From an uncultured Eubacteriales bacterium (GTDB lineage: Bacteria > Acidobacteriota > Aminicenantia > Aminicenantales > Saccharicenantaceae): a DNA stretch of 64,000 nucleotides. The notes below the pieces were generated by a model that saw only the letters and a list, made by a program, of their open reading frames with translations, searched no databases and was not told the origin of the DNA. Positions within the stretch are counted from its first letter, which is position 1. Every line of letters begins with the position of its first letter. The position numbers and the translations under genes are program-made. Shown here one piece after another: positions 9,930 through 19,015 of the stretch. Where the stretch lies: positions 91,686-155,685 of the forward strand of contig CAZPEP010000068.1 in assembly GCA_964585685.1 (NCBI GenBank), read 5' to 3'.

Positions 9930-10544
9930 ATGGGGACGGAAGTCACAGTGAACGAAAACATGAGGATCGTGCGACTCGCGTCCATTCTCGTCGCCGCGCT
10001 GGCGATCGTTCCCGCGGGTTCGTCGAGACCGTCCACCGAGCTCAAACCTGATGTCCGGGCAGACGCCCAGAAGGTCCTTCAGGCCATCGAAAGGATCCGA
10101 TCTGAGAGCGGCGCGGCGCCCTCCGTCCGGCTGCGTTCAGCCGTGTTGTCGGAACGCGAACTGAACGCCTATATCGCCTACCGCGTTGAGACGGAGAAAG
10201 AGGACATTCTGAAGGACCTCCGGCTGAAACTCTTTGCCGGGAACCGGATCGAAGGCTTGGCCGTCATCGACCTGCGGGGCCGTAAGCTCCCGGCCTTCAT
10301 CAAGCCGATGATGAACATCACCTTTGCGGGGGTCGTCGAGTCGCAGCCGGGGAAGGTCCGGGTGCGTTTCGAGAGCCTTTACCTTGAGCAGCAGCGGATC
10401 CAGACGGCCTTCCTGGACCTGGTCTTTTCCGTTGTCTCCCAGCTCGAGGGTACGGACCCCGTCCGGCTCAACGATTGGTACGAGCTCCCGTACGGCATCA
10501 TAGGCCTGGAAACGCAGCAGGGGCGGCTCGTCGCATCCTATTAG
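9930..10544 (+). CDS. hypothetical exported protein
   Basis: An internal Met at 9960 gives signal peptide MRIVRLASILVAALAIVPAGS. No recognisable domain. Confidence 0.45.
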   Translation: MGTEVTVNENMRIVRLASILVAALAIVPAGSSRPSTELKPDVRADAQKVLQAIERIRSESGAAPSVRLRSAVLSERELNAYIAYRVETEKEDILKDLRLKLFAGNRIEGLAVIDLRGRKLPAFIKPMMNITFAGVVESQPGKVRVRFESLYLEQQRIQTAFLDLVFSVVSQLEGTDPVRLNDWYELPYGIIGLETQQGRLVASY

Positions 10545-10557
10545 GAGAGATCATCAC

Positions 10558-11145
10558 ATGATCCGAGTCATCGGCGGGGACTTCAAGGGGAGGCGGCTGA
10601 AGTTCATCCGGAGCCCGCTCGTCCGGCCCATGCAGGACAAGCTCAAGGGGACTCTGTTCAATATCATCCGGGACGGCGTCCCGGGGAGTTGGTTCCTGGA
10701 CGGGTTCGCCGGAACCGGCTCCGTGGGGATCGAAGCCCTGAGCCGGGGTGCCGAGCGCGTTGTTTTCGTCGAAGAGCTCCGGGCCGCTGCGAAGGTCATC
10801 GTGGCCAACGTCGCCAGGTGCGGGGTCGACGACAGGGCCCTTGTCGTCGAGAAGGAGTTCAACAGGGCCGTCATCGACCTGTCCAAGTCCGAGGTTTTGT
10901 TCGACATCGTCTTCCTCGACCCGCCCTACCGGCTCCTGGAAACCCGCAATCCCCTCAAGGTCGTCCGGAAGCGGGGCATCCTCCGCGTGGGGGGGGTGCT
11001 CATCCTGCGCCATTATTTCAAGGTCCGCCCCAAGTCCGAGGGCTTCCTCCTCCGGCGGACGGTCGCACTCGGGGACGACATCCTCTCCTTCTTCGTCCAG
11101 GCCCCTCCCTCCGCCGACCCCGGCCCCCCGGCCCCCCGGCCCTGA
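10558..11145 (+). CDS. rsmD: 16S rRNA (guanine966-N2)-methyltransferase
   Basis: MIRVIGGDFKGRRL..LDGFAGTGSVGIEALSRGA..VFLDPPY matches the RsmD family, with a Pro-rich C-terminal tail. Confidence 0.85.
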   Translation: MIRVIGGDFKGRRLKFIRSPLVRPMQDKLKGTLFNIIRDGVPGSWFLDGFAGTGSVGIEALSRGAERVVFVEELRAAAKVIVANVARCGVDDRALVVEKEFNRAVIDLSKSEVLFDIVFLDPPYRLLETRNPLKVVRKRGILRVGGVLILRHYFKVRPKSEGFLLRRTVALGDDILSFFVQAPPSADPGPPAPRP

Positions 11146-11193
11146 CGGGCGGTCCGTCTTGCCAGTTCCCGGCAAATCGCATAGAATCCTTAT

Positions 11194-12078
11194 ATGAAGC
11201 TCTTCGGCCCCAAGGTGAAACCGTTCGGGAAGGACGCTCCCCTCGTCGAACAGGACGAGATCTTCGCGACCCTGGCCGAGCGCAAGGGCAGTTTCCTGTT
11301 CCTCGGCCGCTACTCCCTGAACGAGGTCTTGGCGGTCATGAGGAAACGGAATTTCCTCAGGGAGGCCCACAAGAGGAAGCTCTGGCCCTTGGATTATGAC
11401 CTGGATTCCGGGGAATATCCCCTCCAAAGACTGCAGATCTTCTACAAGGACAAGAGTCCGGAGAACCTGATCGTCGACCTCAAGATCCGGGAAGCCGAGT
11501 ACCCCCTCAAGGTCCGGCTCGGTGGGCTCAACGCCGTCCTGTCGCCCAAGAGCCTCGTTCTGGAGTGGCTGACGCTCCAGAACCCCCTCGAGGCGTTCAC
11601 GGAAAAGCACGCCCCACTGCCGGGTCAGACGCACCCGGGGCTCAGCGTGTCCAAGAAGATCATGGACACTTTCGTTTACCTTGCCCGCCTGACCCGTAAG
11701 GACTGCCTCTTAGCCTTCCCGGCCTTCTTTCACAACGCTCTTCTGTTCTCGAGGTATTTCCGGTTCCTGAACCCCGAGAAGGAGGGCGAGGTCGCCGCCA
11801 TCCGCAAGGCCTTCAGCCACATGCCGTTCAAACAGCTGGCCTGGATCGTCCACCTCAACTGCCTCAGACGGAAGGACGGCTCGGTATATGAGTGGCGGTC
11901 CGAGGAGCAGGTCTATCCCCTGAACAGGGCCCTGAAGGAGTATTTCGAGTCCCGGGACTACCGCGACCGGGTGAAAACCGCCCAGAAGGGCCTGGAATTC
12001 GTCGTGGACCGGGACGACTTCCGGAAGAAGGCCGAAGGGATTCCGGCGCTTTGCGGTCCCGGCGGAAATCTGCTATAA
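11194..12078 (+). CDS. hypothetical protein
   Basis: 294 aa ORF between rsmD and rpmE. No recognisable motif. Confidence 0.45.
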   Translation: MKLFGPKVKPFGKDAPLVEQDEIFATLAERKGSFLFLGRYSLNEVLAVMRKRNFLREAHKRKLWPLDYDLDSGEYPLQRLQIFYKDKSPENLIVDLKIREAEYPLKVRLGGLNAVLSPKSLVLEWLTLQNPLEAFTEKHAPLPGQTHPGLSVSKKIMDTFVYLARLTRKDCLLAFPAFFHNALLFSRYFRFLNPEKEGEVAAIRKAFSHMPFKQLAWIVHLNCLRRKDGSVYEWRSEEQVYPLNRALKEYFESRDYRDRVKTAQKGLEFVVDRDDFRKKAEGIPALCGPGGNLL

Positions 12079-12105
12079 TGCCCGCTTCGATGAGGAGATG
12101 AATCC

Positions 12106-12312
12106 ATGAAGAAAGATGTCCATCCGGAATATCAGGAGTGTCTCGTTACCTGCGCCTGCGGGACTCATTTCAAGACACGTTCCACCAAGTCCGAGATCCG
12201 CGTGGAGATCTGCTCCCAGTGCCACCCGTTCTTCACGGGCAAGCAGAAGTTCCTGGACAGTGCTGGGCGCATCGAGAAGTTCCGGAAGAAATACGGCGAT
12301 GCCAAGAAATAA
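12106..12312 (+). CDS. rpmE: 50S ribosomal protein L31
   Basis: [28 protein letters not shown], the Zn-ribbon L31. RBS gaggag. Confidence 0.95.
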   Translation: MKKDVHPEYQECLVTCACGTHFKTRSTKSEIRVEICSQCHPFFTGKQKFLDSAGRIEKFRKKYGDAKK

Positions 12313-12317
12313 CTCCT

Positions 12318-13421
12318 ATGTTCCGGGAACTGAAGAGGCTCGAGGATAAATACCGCCAACTCACAATCTCCCTCTCCGACCCGGCCTGCCATACTAACCC
12401 CCAGAAGATCAGAGAAATCTCCAAGCAGCGGGCCGAACTCGAGCCCGCCGTCCGTAAATTCGAGGAGTACCGGAGGGTTGCGCGGGACAAAGACGAATCC
12501 CGCAAGATCCTGGCCGACCCCGCCGCCGACCCCGAACTGAAGGCGATGGCCGAAGGCGAAGCCGCCTCGCTCGAAAAACGGGAAAAGGCCCTCGAAGCCG
12601 AACTCAAGATCCTGATCCTTCCTAAAGACCCCTTCGACGCGAAGGATGTCATCCTCGAGGTCCGGGCGGGGGCCGGCGGGGACGAGGCCTCGCTCTTTGC
12701 CCAGGACCTGTTCCGGATGTATTCCCGCTACGCTGAGAACAAGGGTTGGAAGTTCGAGGTCCTGGACGTCAGCCCGTCGCCCGTCGGCGGGATCAAGGAG
12801 GCCGTCGCCAACGTCCGCGGGCACCGCGTCTATGCGACCATGAAGCACGAAAGCGGCGTCCATCGCGTCCAGCGCGTGCCGAAGACCGAGGCCGGCGGCC
12901 GGATCCATACGTCCACGGCCACCGTGGCCGTCCTTCCCGAAGCCGACGAGATCGATGTCCGGATCGACCCCAAGGACCTGAAGATCGAGGCTTTCGGGGC
13001 CTCCGGGCCCGGCGGGCAGAACGTCAACCGGAACTATACGGCCATCCGCGTCACCCACAAGCCCTCGGGGCTGGTCGTCTCCTGTCAGGACGAGAAATCC
13101 CAGCACCGGAACAAGGAAAAGGCCATGAAGATCCTCCGCTCCCGGCTTATGGACGCCGCCCAGAGCGAGCAGCAGCAGAGGATCGCCAAGGACCGGCGGT
13201 CCAAGGTCGGCACCGGGGATCGGAGCGAGAAGATCCGTACCTATAATTTTCCGCAGTCCCGCATCACCGACCACCGCCTCAACGAGAACTTCCACCGGAT
13301 GGAAGCGATCCTCGATGGGGACCTGGATGCCCTCACCGAAGCCCTGACCCTCCGTTCTCAGACCCCGGGCCGCGGGGAGGAGGGTCCGGGCGGGGAGCCT
13401 TCCGAAGACCTTGAAGCCTGA
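12318..13421 (+). CDS. prfA: peptide chain release factor 1
   Basis: Internal ATG at 12318 just after the rpmE stop. GGQ motif (SGPGGQNVN). RF1-type domain order. It is followed by prmC. Confidence 0.9.
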   Translation: MFRELKRLEDKYRQLTISLSDPACHTNPQKIREISKQRAELEPAVRKFEEYRRVARDKDESRKILADPAADPELKAMAEGEAASLEKREKALEAELKILILPKDPFDAKDVILEVRAGAGGDEASLFAQDLFRMYSRYAENKGWKFEVLDVSPSPVGGIKEAVANVRGHRVYATMKHESGVHRVQRVPKTEAGGRIHTSTATVAVLPEADEIDVRIDPKDLKIEAFGASGPGGQNVNRNYTAIRVTHKPSGLVVSCQDEKSQHRNKEKAMKILRSRLMDAAQSEQQQRIAKDRRSKVGTGDRSEKIRTYNFPQSRITDHRLNENFHRMEAILDGDLDALTEALTLRSQTPGRGEEGPGGEPSEDLEA

Positions 13422-14307
13422 GTCCCTGCGCGCCCTCTACATCCGGGGAATCAACGGACTCAAAAGCGTCCCTCGTCCGGAATTTGACGCCCGTGTCCTT
13501 CTCCTTCATGCCGCCCGCACCCCCGCAGAGACTTTCTACGCCCACCCCGAAACCCGGCCTTCCGCCAGGGATGCGGAAAGGTTCCTCCGGCTGGTCCGGC
13601 GCCGCTCGGAGGGCGTTCCCCTTGCGTATCTCACAGGCAGGAAGGAATTCTGGTCGCTCGAGTTCCGAGTGAGCCCCGGCGTCCTCATCCCGCGGCCGGA
13701 AACGGAGATCCTCGTCGAAAAGGCCGTCGGCCTCGCGGTGGGGCAAGGGAGGTCTGTCCTGGACTTGGGAACGGGGAGCGGGAACGTCGCCGTCGCCCTG
13801 GCCCGGGAACTCCCGCGGGCTCGCGTAACGGCCGCGGACATCTCCGTCCGGGCGCTCAGGATCGCCGCGGAGAATGCGGTCTTCAACGGGTGCCCCGGCA
13901 TCCGCTTCATCCGGAGCGACCTCTTTTCGGCCTTCGGGCGGCCCCGGCCTCTCTTCGATTTCATCGTCTCCAACCCGCCTTACATAGGCCACGCGGAATG
14001 GGCCCGGTTGACCGCCGACGTTCGGGACCACGAACCCCGCCGGGCCCTCGTCGGAGGCGTCCGGGGCACAGAGTTTACGGAGAAGCTCGTTCGCGAGGCG
14101 CGGTGCTTCCTGAGGCCGGGCGGCCGTCTCATCCTGGAGATCGGGGCCGGTCAGGAAGGGACGGTCCGGGCGATGTTCGAGGAGGGATGGGACGCGGTGG
14201 AGGTTGTGCCCGACCTCGCTGGGATCCCGAGGGTCGTCACCGCCCGCAAGGCCGCGAGGGCTCGGGGCGCGGCTACGTCCGGGACGCCAGCTTGTGGTAG
14301 TCAATGA
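13411..14307 (+). CDS. prmC: release factor glutamine N5-methyltransferase
   Basis: NPPY motif (SNPPYIG). SAM-binding motif LDLGTGSGN. Position directly after prfA. Confidence 0.9.
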   Translation: MKPESLRALYIRGINGLKSVPRPEFDARVLLLHAARTPAETFYAHPETRPSARDAERFLRLVRRRSEGVPLAYLTGRKEFWSLEFRVSPGVLIPRPETEILVEKAVGLAVGQGRSVLDLGTGSGNVAVALARELPRARVTAADISVRALRIAAENAVFNGCPGIRFIRSDLFSAFGRPRPLFDFIVSNPPYIGHAEWARLTADVRDHEPRRALVGGVRGTEFTEKLVREARCFLRPGGRLILEIGAGQEGTVRAMFEEGWDAVEVVPDLAGIPRVVTARKAARARGAATSGTPACGSQ

Positions 14308-15370
14308 TGGAGGGGAGGAGCCGCGTCGTCTCGAAACGGATCCTCTCCCACCGCGCGAGGGGCAGTTTTTCGAAGGCCTCGACGATCCGGGGATCGAACT
14401 GCGTTCCCTCGTGGCTCCGGATCTCCTCCTGGGCCGCGGGGAAGTCTCGCTCCCGCCGATAGGGGCGGTGGGACGTGATGGCGTCCAGGGCGTCGGCCAG
14501 GGCGAAGATCCGGGCTTCGAGCGGGATCTCCTCCTTTCTCAACCCTTGGGGGTAGCCCGTCCCGTCGTATCTCTCGTGATGGTGGAGGATGATGTTCGCG
14601 GCCTCCTTGACGAGCTTGATCTCCTTGACGAGGCCGTAGCCGAGCGCGGGATGGAGCCGGATCTTCTCCCATTCCTGGTCCGAGAGCCGGCCCGGCTTCT
14701 TCAGGATGGAATCCGGGATGGCGATCTTCCCTACGTCATGGAGGAGCGCCCCCTTCCGTATATTGTCCAAGACCTTCTCGTCCCGGATCCCCAGGAGTCC
14801 GGCCAAAACCTGACTGTATTTAGCCACCGTCTGGGAGTGGCCGAACGTCTCCACGTCCCTGAGGTCAAGGGCGGTCATCAGGTTCTCGAGCGTCGCATCG
14901 TAGATCTCCTCGAGGTCAAGAGCCCGACGGACGTTCCGAGACCTTTCGATCCTCGACTTCGCCAGGTTCTTCCGGCAGGCTTCGTTCTCGGCGGTCAACT
15001 GGGCCAGGGTCAGGCCGCTTCTGATGGCCGAATAGACCGCAAGGTGGCTGCCGGGGCTCGTGACGTGGTCGATGACGCCTTCCCGGAGGAGGGAGAGCAG
15101 GACCTGTGACCTGGAAGCGTCCGAGAGGACGACGACGGCGGGGCGTGGGTCGGCGGCCCCGATCGTCCGGAGTCGCTTCGCATGTTCCTCTCCCTGTTCC
15201 GTCGCCGCGACGACGATCAGCGAGACCCTTCCCGCGGGGCCAGCCAGGGCGGACGGCTCGGGCAGGAACGCGGACCTTTCGATGTCCAGTTCCAGATCAG
15301 CCAGGAACGCGGCCAGCCTCCGCGAGTTCCCGTCGTTCTCCCCGACGATGAGGATTCGGGGCCTGTTCAT
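14273..15370 (-). CDS. response regulator with HD-GYP c-di-GMP phosphodiesterase domain
   Basis: Start MNRPRILIVGE at 15370 with RBS gaggaag. REC domain followed by HD-GYP (HHERYDGTGYPQGL). The 3-prime end overlaps prmC convergently. Confidence 0.85.
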   Translation of the reverse strand: MNRPRILIVGENDGNSRRLAAFLADLELDIERSAFLPEPSALAGPAGRVSLIVVAATEQGEEHAKRLRTIGAADPRPAVVVLSDASRSQVLLSLLREGVIDHVTSPGSHLAVYSAIRSGLTLAQLTAENEACRKNLAKSRIERSRNVRRALDLEEIYDATLENLMTALDLRDVETFGHSQTVAKYSQVLAGLLGIRDEKVLDNIRKGALLHDVGKIAIPDSILKKPGRLSDQEWEKIRLHPALGYGLVKEIKLVKEAANIILHHHERYDGTGYPQGLRKEEIPLEARIFALADALDAITSHRPYRRERDFPAAQEEIRSHEGTQFDPRIVEAFEKLPLARWERIRFETTRLLPSIIDYHKLASRT

Positions 15371-15553
15371 GGGCACTTCCTCATGTGTTCCCTTATACAT
15401 TATATCGTCGACGGGATTCAAGGGGATTCGCTCCGGCCTTAACCCGTTCGCCGACGTTACCCCGCCTTTCATGGCGGGGCCGCGAAGCGAGGCTCAGGGC
15501 TAATTCCGAAAAAGCCCCGGTCCCGGCCTTGCCAGGACCGGGAAGTCAAGGGG

Positions 15554-15582
15554 TTGACAGCCCGACCGGCGGAGTTTATCAT
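15554..15582 (+). promoter_or_regulatory. sigma70-type promoter (TTGACA-17-TATCAT)
   Basis: TTGACA at 15554-15559, a 17 nt spacer, then TATCAT at 15577-15582. This is about 25 nt upstream of ATG 15608. Confidence 0.6.
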
Positions 15583-15607
15583 ATCGCCAGAGCCAAGGAG
15601 ATTTCGA

Positions 15608-16819
15608 ATGTCCGAATCCGGGGAAATCGAAAAAGAGTCCAATCTCGTCATCCAGGAGATCGAAAACCAGCTGGAGAGGCTTCTCGCCAGGAAAAAGGAC
15701 GAGATCGATAGCGCTCTGGCCGCGAGGATTCGGGAGGAGGAGGAAGCTGCCAGAGCCCGGATGGACGGCGTGGAGAAGGAGATCGACCGGGGACGGGAAT
15801 CCCTCCGGGAATTCCAGACCATGGTCTCCGAATCAGAAGGGGAGAGGCAGGCGGTCCTGGAGGAGATCCGGGCGGGCTTTTCCCAGGCCCTCGACTTCCA
15901 GTCCCAGATCGAAGGCCTCGTCAAGCGGACCGTTGAGGAGATCGGGAGAGTCGGTGACCTCCAGCGGAAACTGGAATCCTTAAGGCGGCGGACCTCGGAG
16001 GGCGCGGCCTTCCTGAAGAGGGACCTGAACGAGAGGTTCGGGATCGTGGCTGAAGCCCGCGGGGAAAAGGAGCGCTGGCCGGAACCCACCCCAGACCTCG
16101 ACGCAGAGCTGGAAAAGCTGAAGAGGATCCGGACACTCCTTGCCGGCGGGACGGAAGGTTTCCCCGGGTTGGAGAATTCTCCCGGATCGGAACCGGAGGA
16201 CGTCTGGCGGGCCCGGATCCCCGATATCCAGGAGCTCATTCAGGCGACTAAACCGGTCGAGGACGGCCGTCCGGTTGAGACTCCGCCCGGCCAGGGCGCC
16301 GGGGACGCGAGTTCCGTTTTGGACCGTCTGCGGAGGATCGAGCCCGTCGCGGGAAGCGGGAAGATCAGCTATTTTCAGAAAGGGGACAGGACCGTCTTGG
16401 ACGCCGGGATGCTTCTCGATGCCGTGGACAGGGCTGTGGACGTGGCCCGGAAGCTGGCCGGAAAGCTCGAAGAAACGGAATCGCCCCGGGAACGCTTCTT
16501 CATCAAACAGGATCTCATCAACGGCCAGGAGGGCCTCCGTATCCTCATCCTACGGGCCGCGACGCTGTGCGAGAAGGAGTCCATGACGCTTCCCCCGGAG
16601 ACCCTGGACGTCCTTGACGCCGCCGGGCTGAGGAGCCTGTTTGACCGGCTGAGCGTTGGGAACTGGGCGAACGCGGCGGACCTCACCGCATTCGCCGGAG
16701 AAGCGAAGGCGCTCCGGGCGGCCTTTCTGGAACGGGCGGTCCCCTCCGACCGGTATGTGCTGTCGATTCTCGAAAAGCTCGGCGGCGTGCCGTCAGTTGA
16801 GCGACCCGGCCTTCTGTAG
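15608..16819 (+). CDS. hypothetical coiled-coil protein
   Basis: RBS aaggag plus ATG at 15608. The N-terminal 150 aa are rich in heptad-like E/R/L repeats. No known domain. Confidence 0.55.
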   Translation: MSESGEIEKESNLVIQEIENQLERLLARKKDEIDSALAARIREEEEAARARMDGVEKEIDRGRESLREFQTMVSESEGERQAVLEEIRAGFSQALDFQSQIEGLVKRTVEEIGRVGDLQRKLESLRRRTSEGAAFLKRDLNERFGIVAEARGEKERWPEPTPDLDAELEKLKRIRTLLAGGTEGFPGLENSPGSEPEDVWRARIPDIQELIQATKPVEDGRPVETPPGQGAGDASSVLDRLRRIEPVAGSGKISYFQKGDRTVLDAGMLLDAVDRAVDVARKLAGKLEETESPRERFFIKQDLINGQEGLRILILRAATLCEKESMTLPPETLDVLDAAGLRSLFDRLSVGNWANAADLTAFAGEAKALRAAFLERAVPSDRYVLSILEKLGGVPSVERPGLL

Positions 16820-18814
16820 GGACTCGAAGTATTCCTCGAGCGCCTTCCGGTCGGTGGGCGACAGGTCCTTGAACTGCAGCCCGGAATAAAAATAAGGGGA
16901 TTCCCCCCCGGCTTTGTCCGAATAGACCACGTCGCTCGCGACGCGGTTCGCTTTGTTCCCCAGCACGAGGATCAGGCCGATCGACTTGGCGACGGGAAGC
17001 CGGGCCTCGGACAGGATCTTCGCCCCTCCGAGGCTCAGGTTGATCGTCTTCGCCACCTTGAACCCGCCGTTCTCCTGGATCATCACAAGGGTGGCCGCGT
17101 GGTATCTCTCGGACTTCCTCTTTTCCCGGTAAGACGTCTCCTTATAGGTCCGGATTATCCCGCCCTGCCGTTCCTCCGCCTGTTCTCGTGAGTAACAACA
17201 GACCTTGTTCTTCGCGAGGACCCGTTCGTCCGTCCCTCCGGCTCCCGGCTCGAAGAATCTCTTCCCCTTGGCCTCGGCCATGGCCATGTCCGCCTCGCCG
17301 GCCAGGATCCTCAGGTCAGGCTTGTCGACGTCCGGGGCCTGTCCGGGCGCCGGCGGCGGGAACATCGTTACGCCGAAGGACATGGTCAGGTTGTTCCCGG
17401 GTTGGAACTCCTGAAACTCGAAATAGTGCTCCTCGACGTTCTTCCGGATGCGGTCGGTGAGCAGGCAGGCGTCCTCGGGGCTCTTGACGCCAGTCAGAAA
17501 GAAGAGGAACTCCTCCCCGCCGTAGCGGCAGACGAGGTCCTCCTCGCGGATCGAGTCCTTCATGACGCCGGCCAGCTCGCGCAGGAGCTTGTTCCCCGCC
17601 TCATGACCGTTGCGGTCGTTGTAGTACTTGAACCAGTCCACGTCCCCCATGACCAAAGCCGAGGAGCCCTCCTCGCGCCGGCGTTTGCCCTGGGAATTGA
17701 TCTTCTGGACGACCTTCTCGAAGAAGGGGTCGGGCCGGAGCAGGCCGGTCAAGGCGTCGTACTGGATGAGGTTCAATTTCGTCATCGCGATGGCGATGTG
17801 CTCGGACAGCCCCCGGAGAATCTCCTGATCCTCCCGAGAGAAGCCGGACCGGGCGGACTTTCCGCCGGAGGTCTTGTTGTAGACCTCGACGACGCCGATG
17901 ACCTCCGTGTCGTGGCGGATGGGGACGGCCAACAGGCTCTTCAGCGGCGTCCGGAGGTGCTCGATGTACCTCCGCGAGAGGCGCTGGTCGAAGGAGAGTT
18001 CGGTGATGTTAACCTCCCGTCCGTTGAGGGCGACGGACGCGGCGAAGTCCTGGGCGTCGAGGCGGGCGACGTATCTCAGGAATTCGGGATGTGTCAGGAA
18101 GGTGTCGTCCCAAACCAGCGGCTTGAGGTACCGGCCGAGCGTCTCGTTCTCGTCCAGGATGTAGATCGTGGCCCCGGAGGCCTGGACGATGTCCTTGAAG
18201 TCCGTAGTGATGTCGAGAAGGCTCGAGACGTCGTTGGCCGCGTAGATCTTGCGGAGGACCTTTTCGATCCTCTGCCGCTCCTTCTGGAACCAGACGTACT
18301 TTGCCTCGATCGCCACCCGTTTCTCGAGCTCCTTGATGAAGTTCTCGTTGATGAGGCTCTTGATCTCCCGGATTTCGGCATAGACGTCACGGACCTTGGC
18401 CCCCTGGATGTCGAGGGCGCTCCTTAGGGAGCCGACTTCTGTCCTCATCGCGGCGTGGGTGAGTGCTCGTTCGACGGACCTGGTGAACTGGGCGTCGTCC
18501 TGGAGAGGGAAGGATAGGGCGAACGTGTCGACGTACCTGTCGGAAGGCCAGTCCCGGGCCAGGGACCGGAGCCTTTCATCGTCCCGGCCGGTGATGATGA
18601 CGGCCGTCGCCTTGCCGAACAGGCTTAGGGCGGAGGACTGCGCCGCGGCCGAGGCGTCGAGGACGGCGAGCAAGGTGTTTGCCGTTTCCGGCAGGGCCGC
18701 GGCCGACTCGAGGGAGGACGCGGCGACGACCGTCCCGTAACGCCGGCAGAGCTTCGACAGGAGGTCGGCCTCTATAGGATTCGGATTCAGAATGAGGATT
18801 GGTCTCTGGTTCAT
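16793..18814 (-). CDS. multidomain c-di-GMP protein: REC-like, GAF, GGDEF diguanylate cyclase and C-terminal PilZ
   Basis: GGDEF active site RYGGEEF. GAF-like core (EVIGVVEVYNK). The C-terminal PilZ carries RKSER (RxxxR) and NLSLGG (D/NxSxGG). Confidence 0.8.
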   Translation of the reverse strand: MNQRPILILNPNPIEADLLSKLCRRYGTVVAASSLESAAALPETANTLLAVLDASAAAQSSALSLFGKATAVIITGRDDERLRSLARDWPSDRYVDTFALSFPLQDDAQFTRSVERALTHAAMRTEVGSLRSALDIQGAKVRDVYAEIREIKSLINENFIKELEKRVAIEAKYVWFQKERQRIEKVLRKIYAANDVSSLLDITTDFKDIVQASGATIYILDENETLGRYLKPLVWDDTFLTHPEFLRYVARLDAQDFAASVALNGREVNITELSFDQRLSRRYIEHLRTPLKSLLAVPIRHDTEVIGVVEVYNKTSGGKSARSGFSREDQEILRGLSEHIAIAMTKLNLIQYDALTGLLRPDPFFEKVVQKINSQGKRRREEGSSALVMGDVDWFKYYNDRNGHEAGNKLLRELAGVMKDSIREEDLVCRYGGEEFLFFLTGVKSPEDACLLTDRIRKNVEEHYFEFQEFQPGNNLTMSFGVTMFPPPAPGQAPDVDKPDLRILAGEADMAMAEAKGKRFFEPGAGGTDERVLAKNKVCCYSREQAEERQGGIIRTYKETSYREKRKSERYHAATLVMIQENGGFKVAKTINLSLGGAKILSEARLPVAKSIGLILVLGNKANRVASDVVYSDKAGGESPYFYSGLQFKDLSPTDRKALEEYFESLQKAGSLN

Positions 18815-19015
18815 AACTCAGCCCCGGCGCAACAAACCCAATGGCCCGTGTCCAGCCTCGTCGCCAGCGTTGGACGCAAGGGACCGGCCGTGCCCTTTTT
18901 CTTGAAAACCCATTCTCATTTTATACCAATGTTTTTAGTCCCGTCAACTGCTTTCTGAGCCGTTTTGAAGTCCCCCCAGGGGATATGATATCATCGAAAC
19001 GTCGAGGAGGCACGC

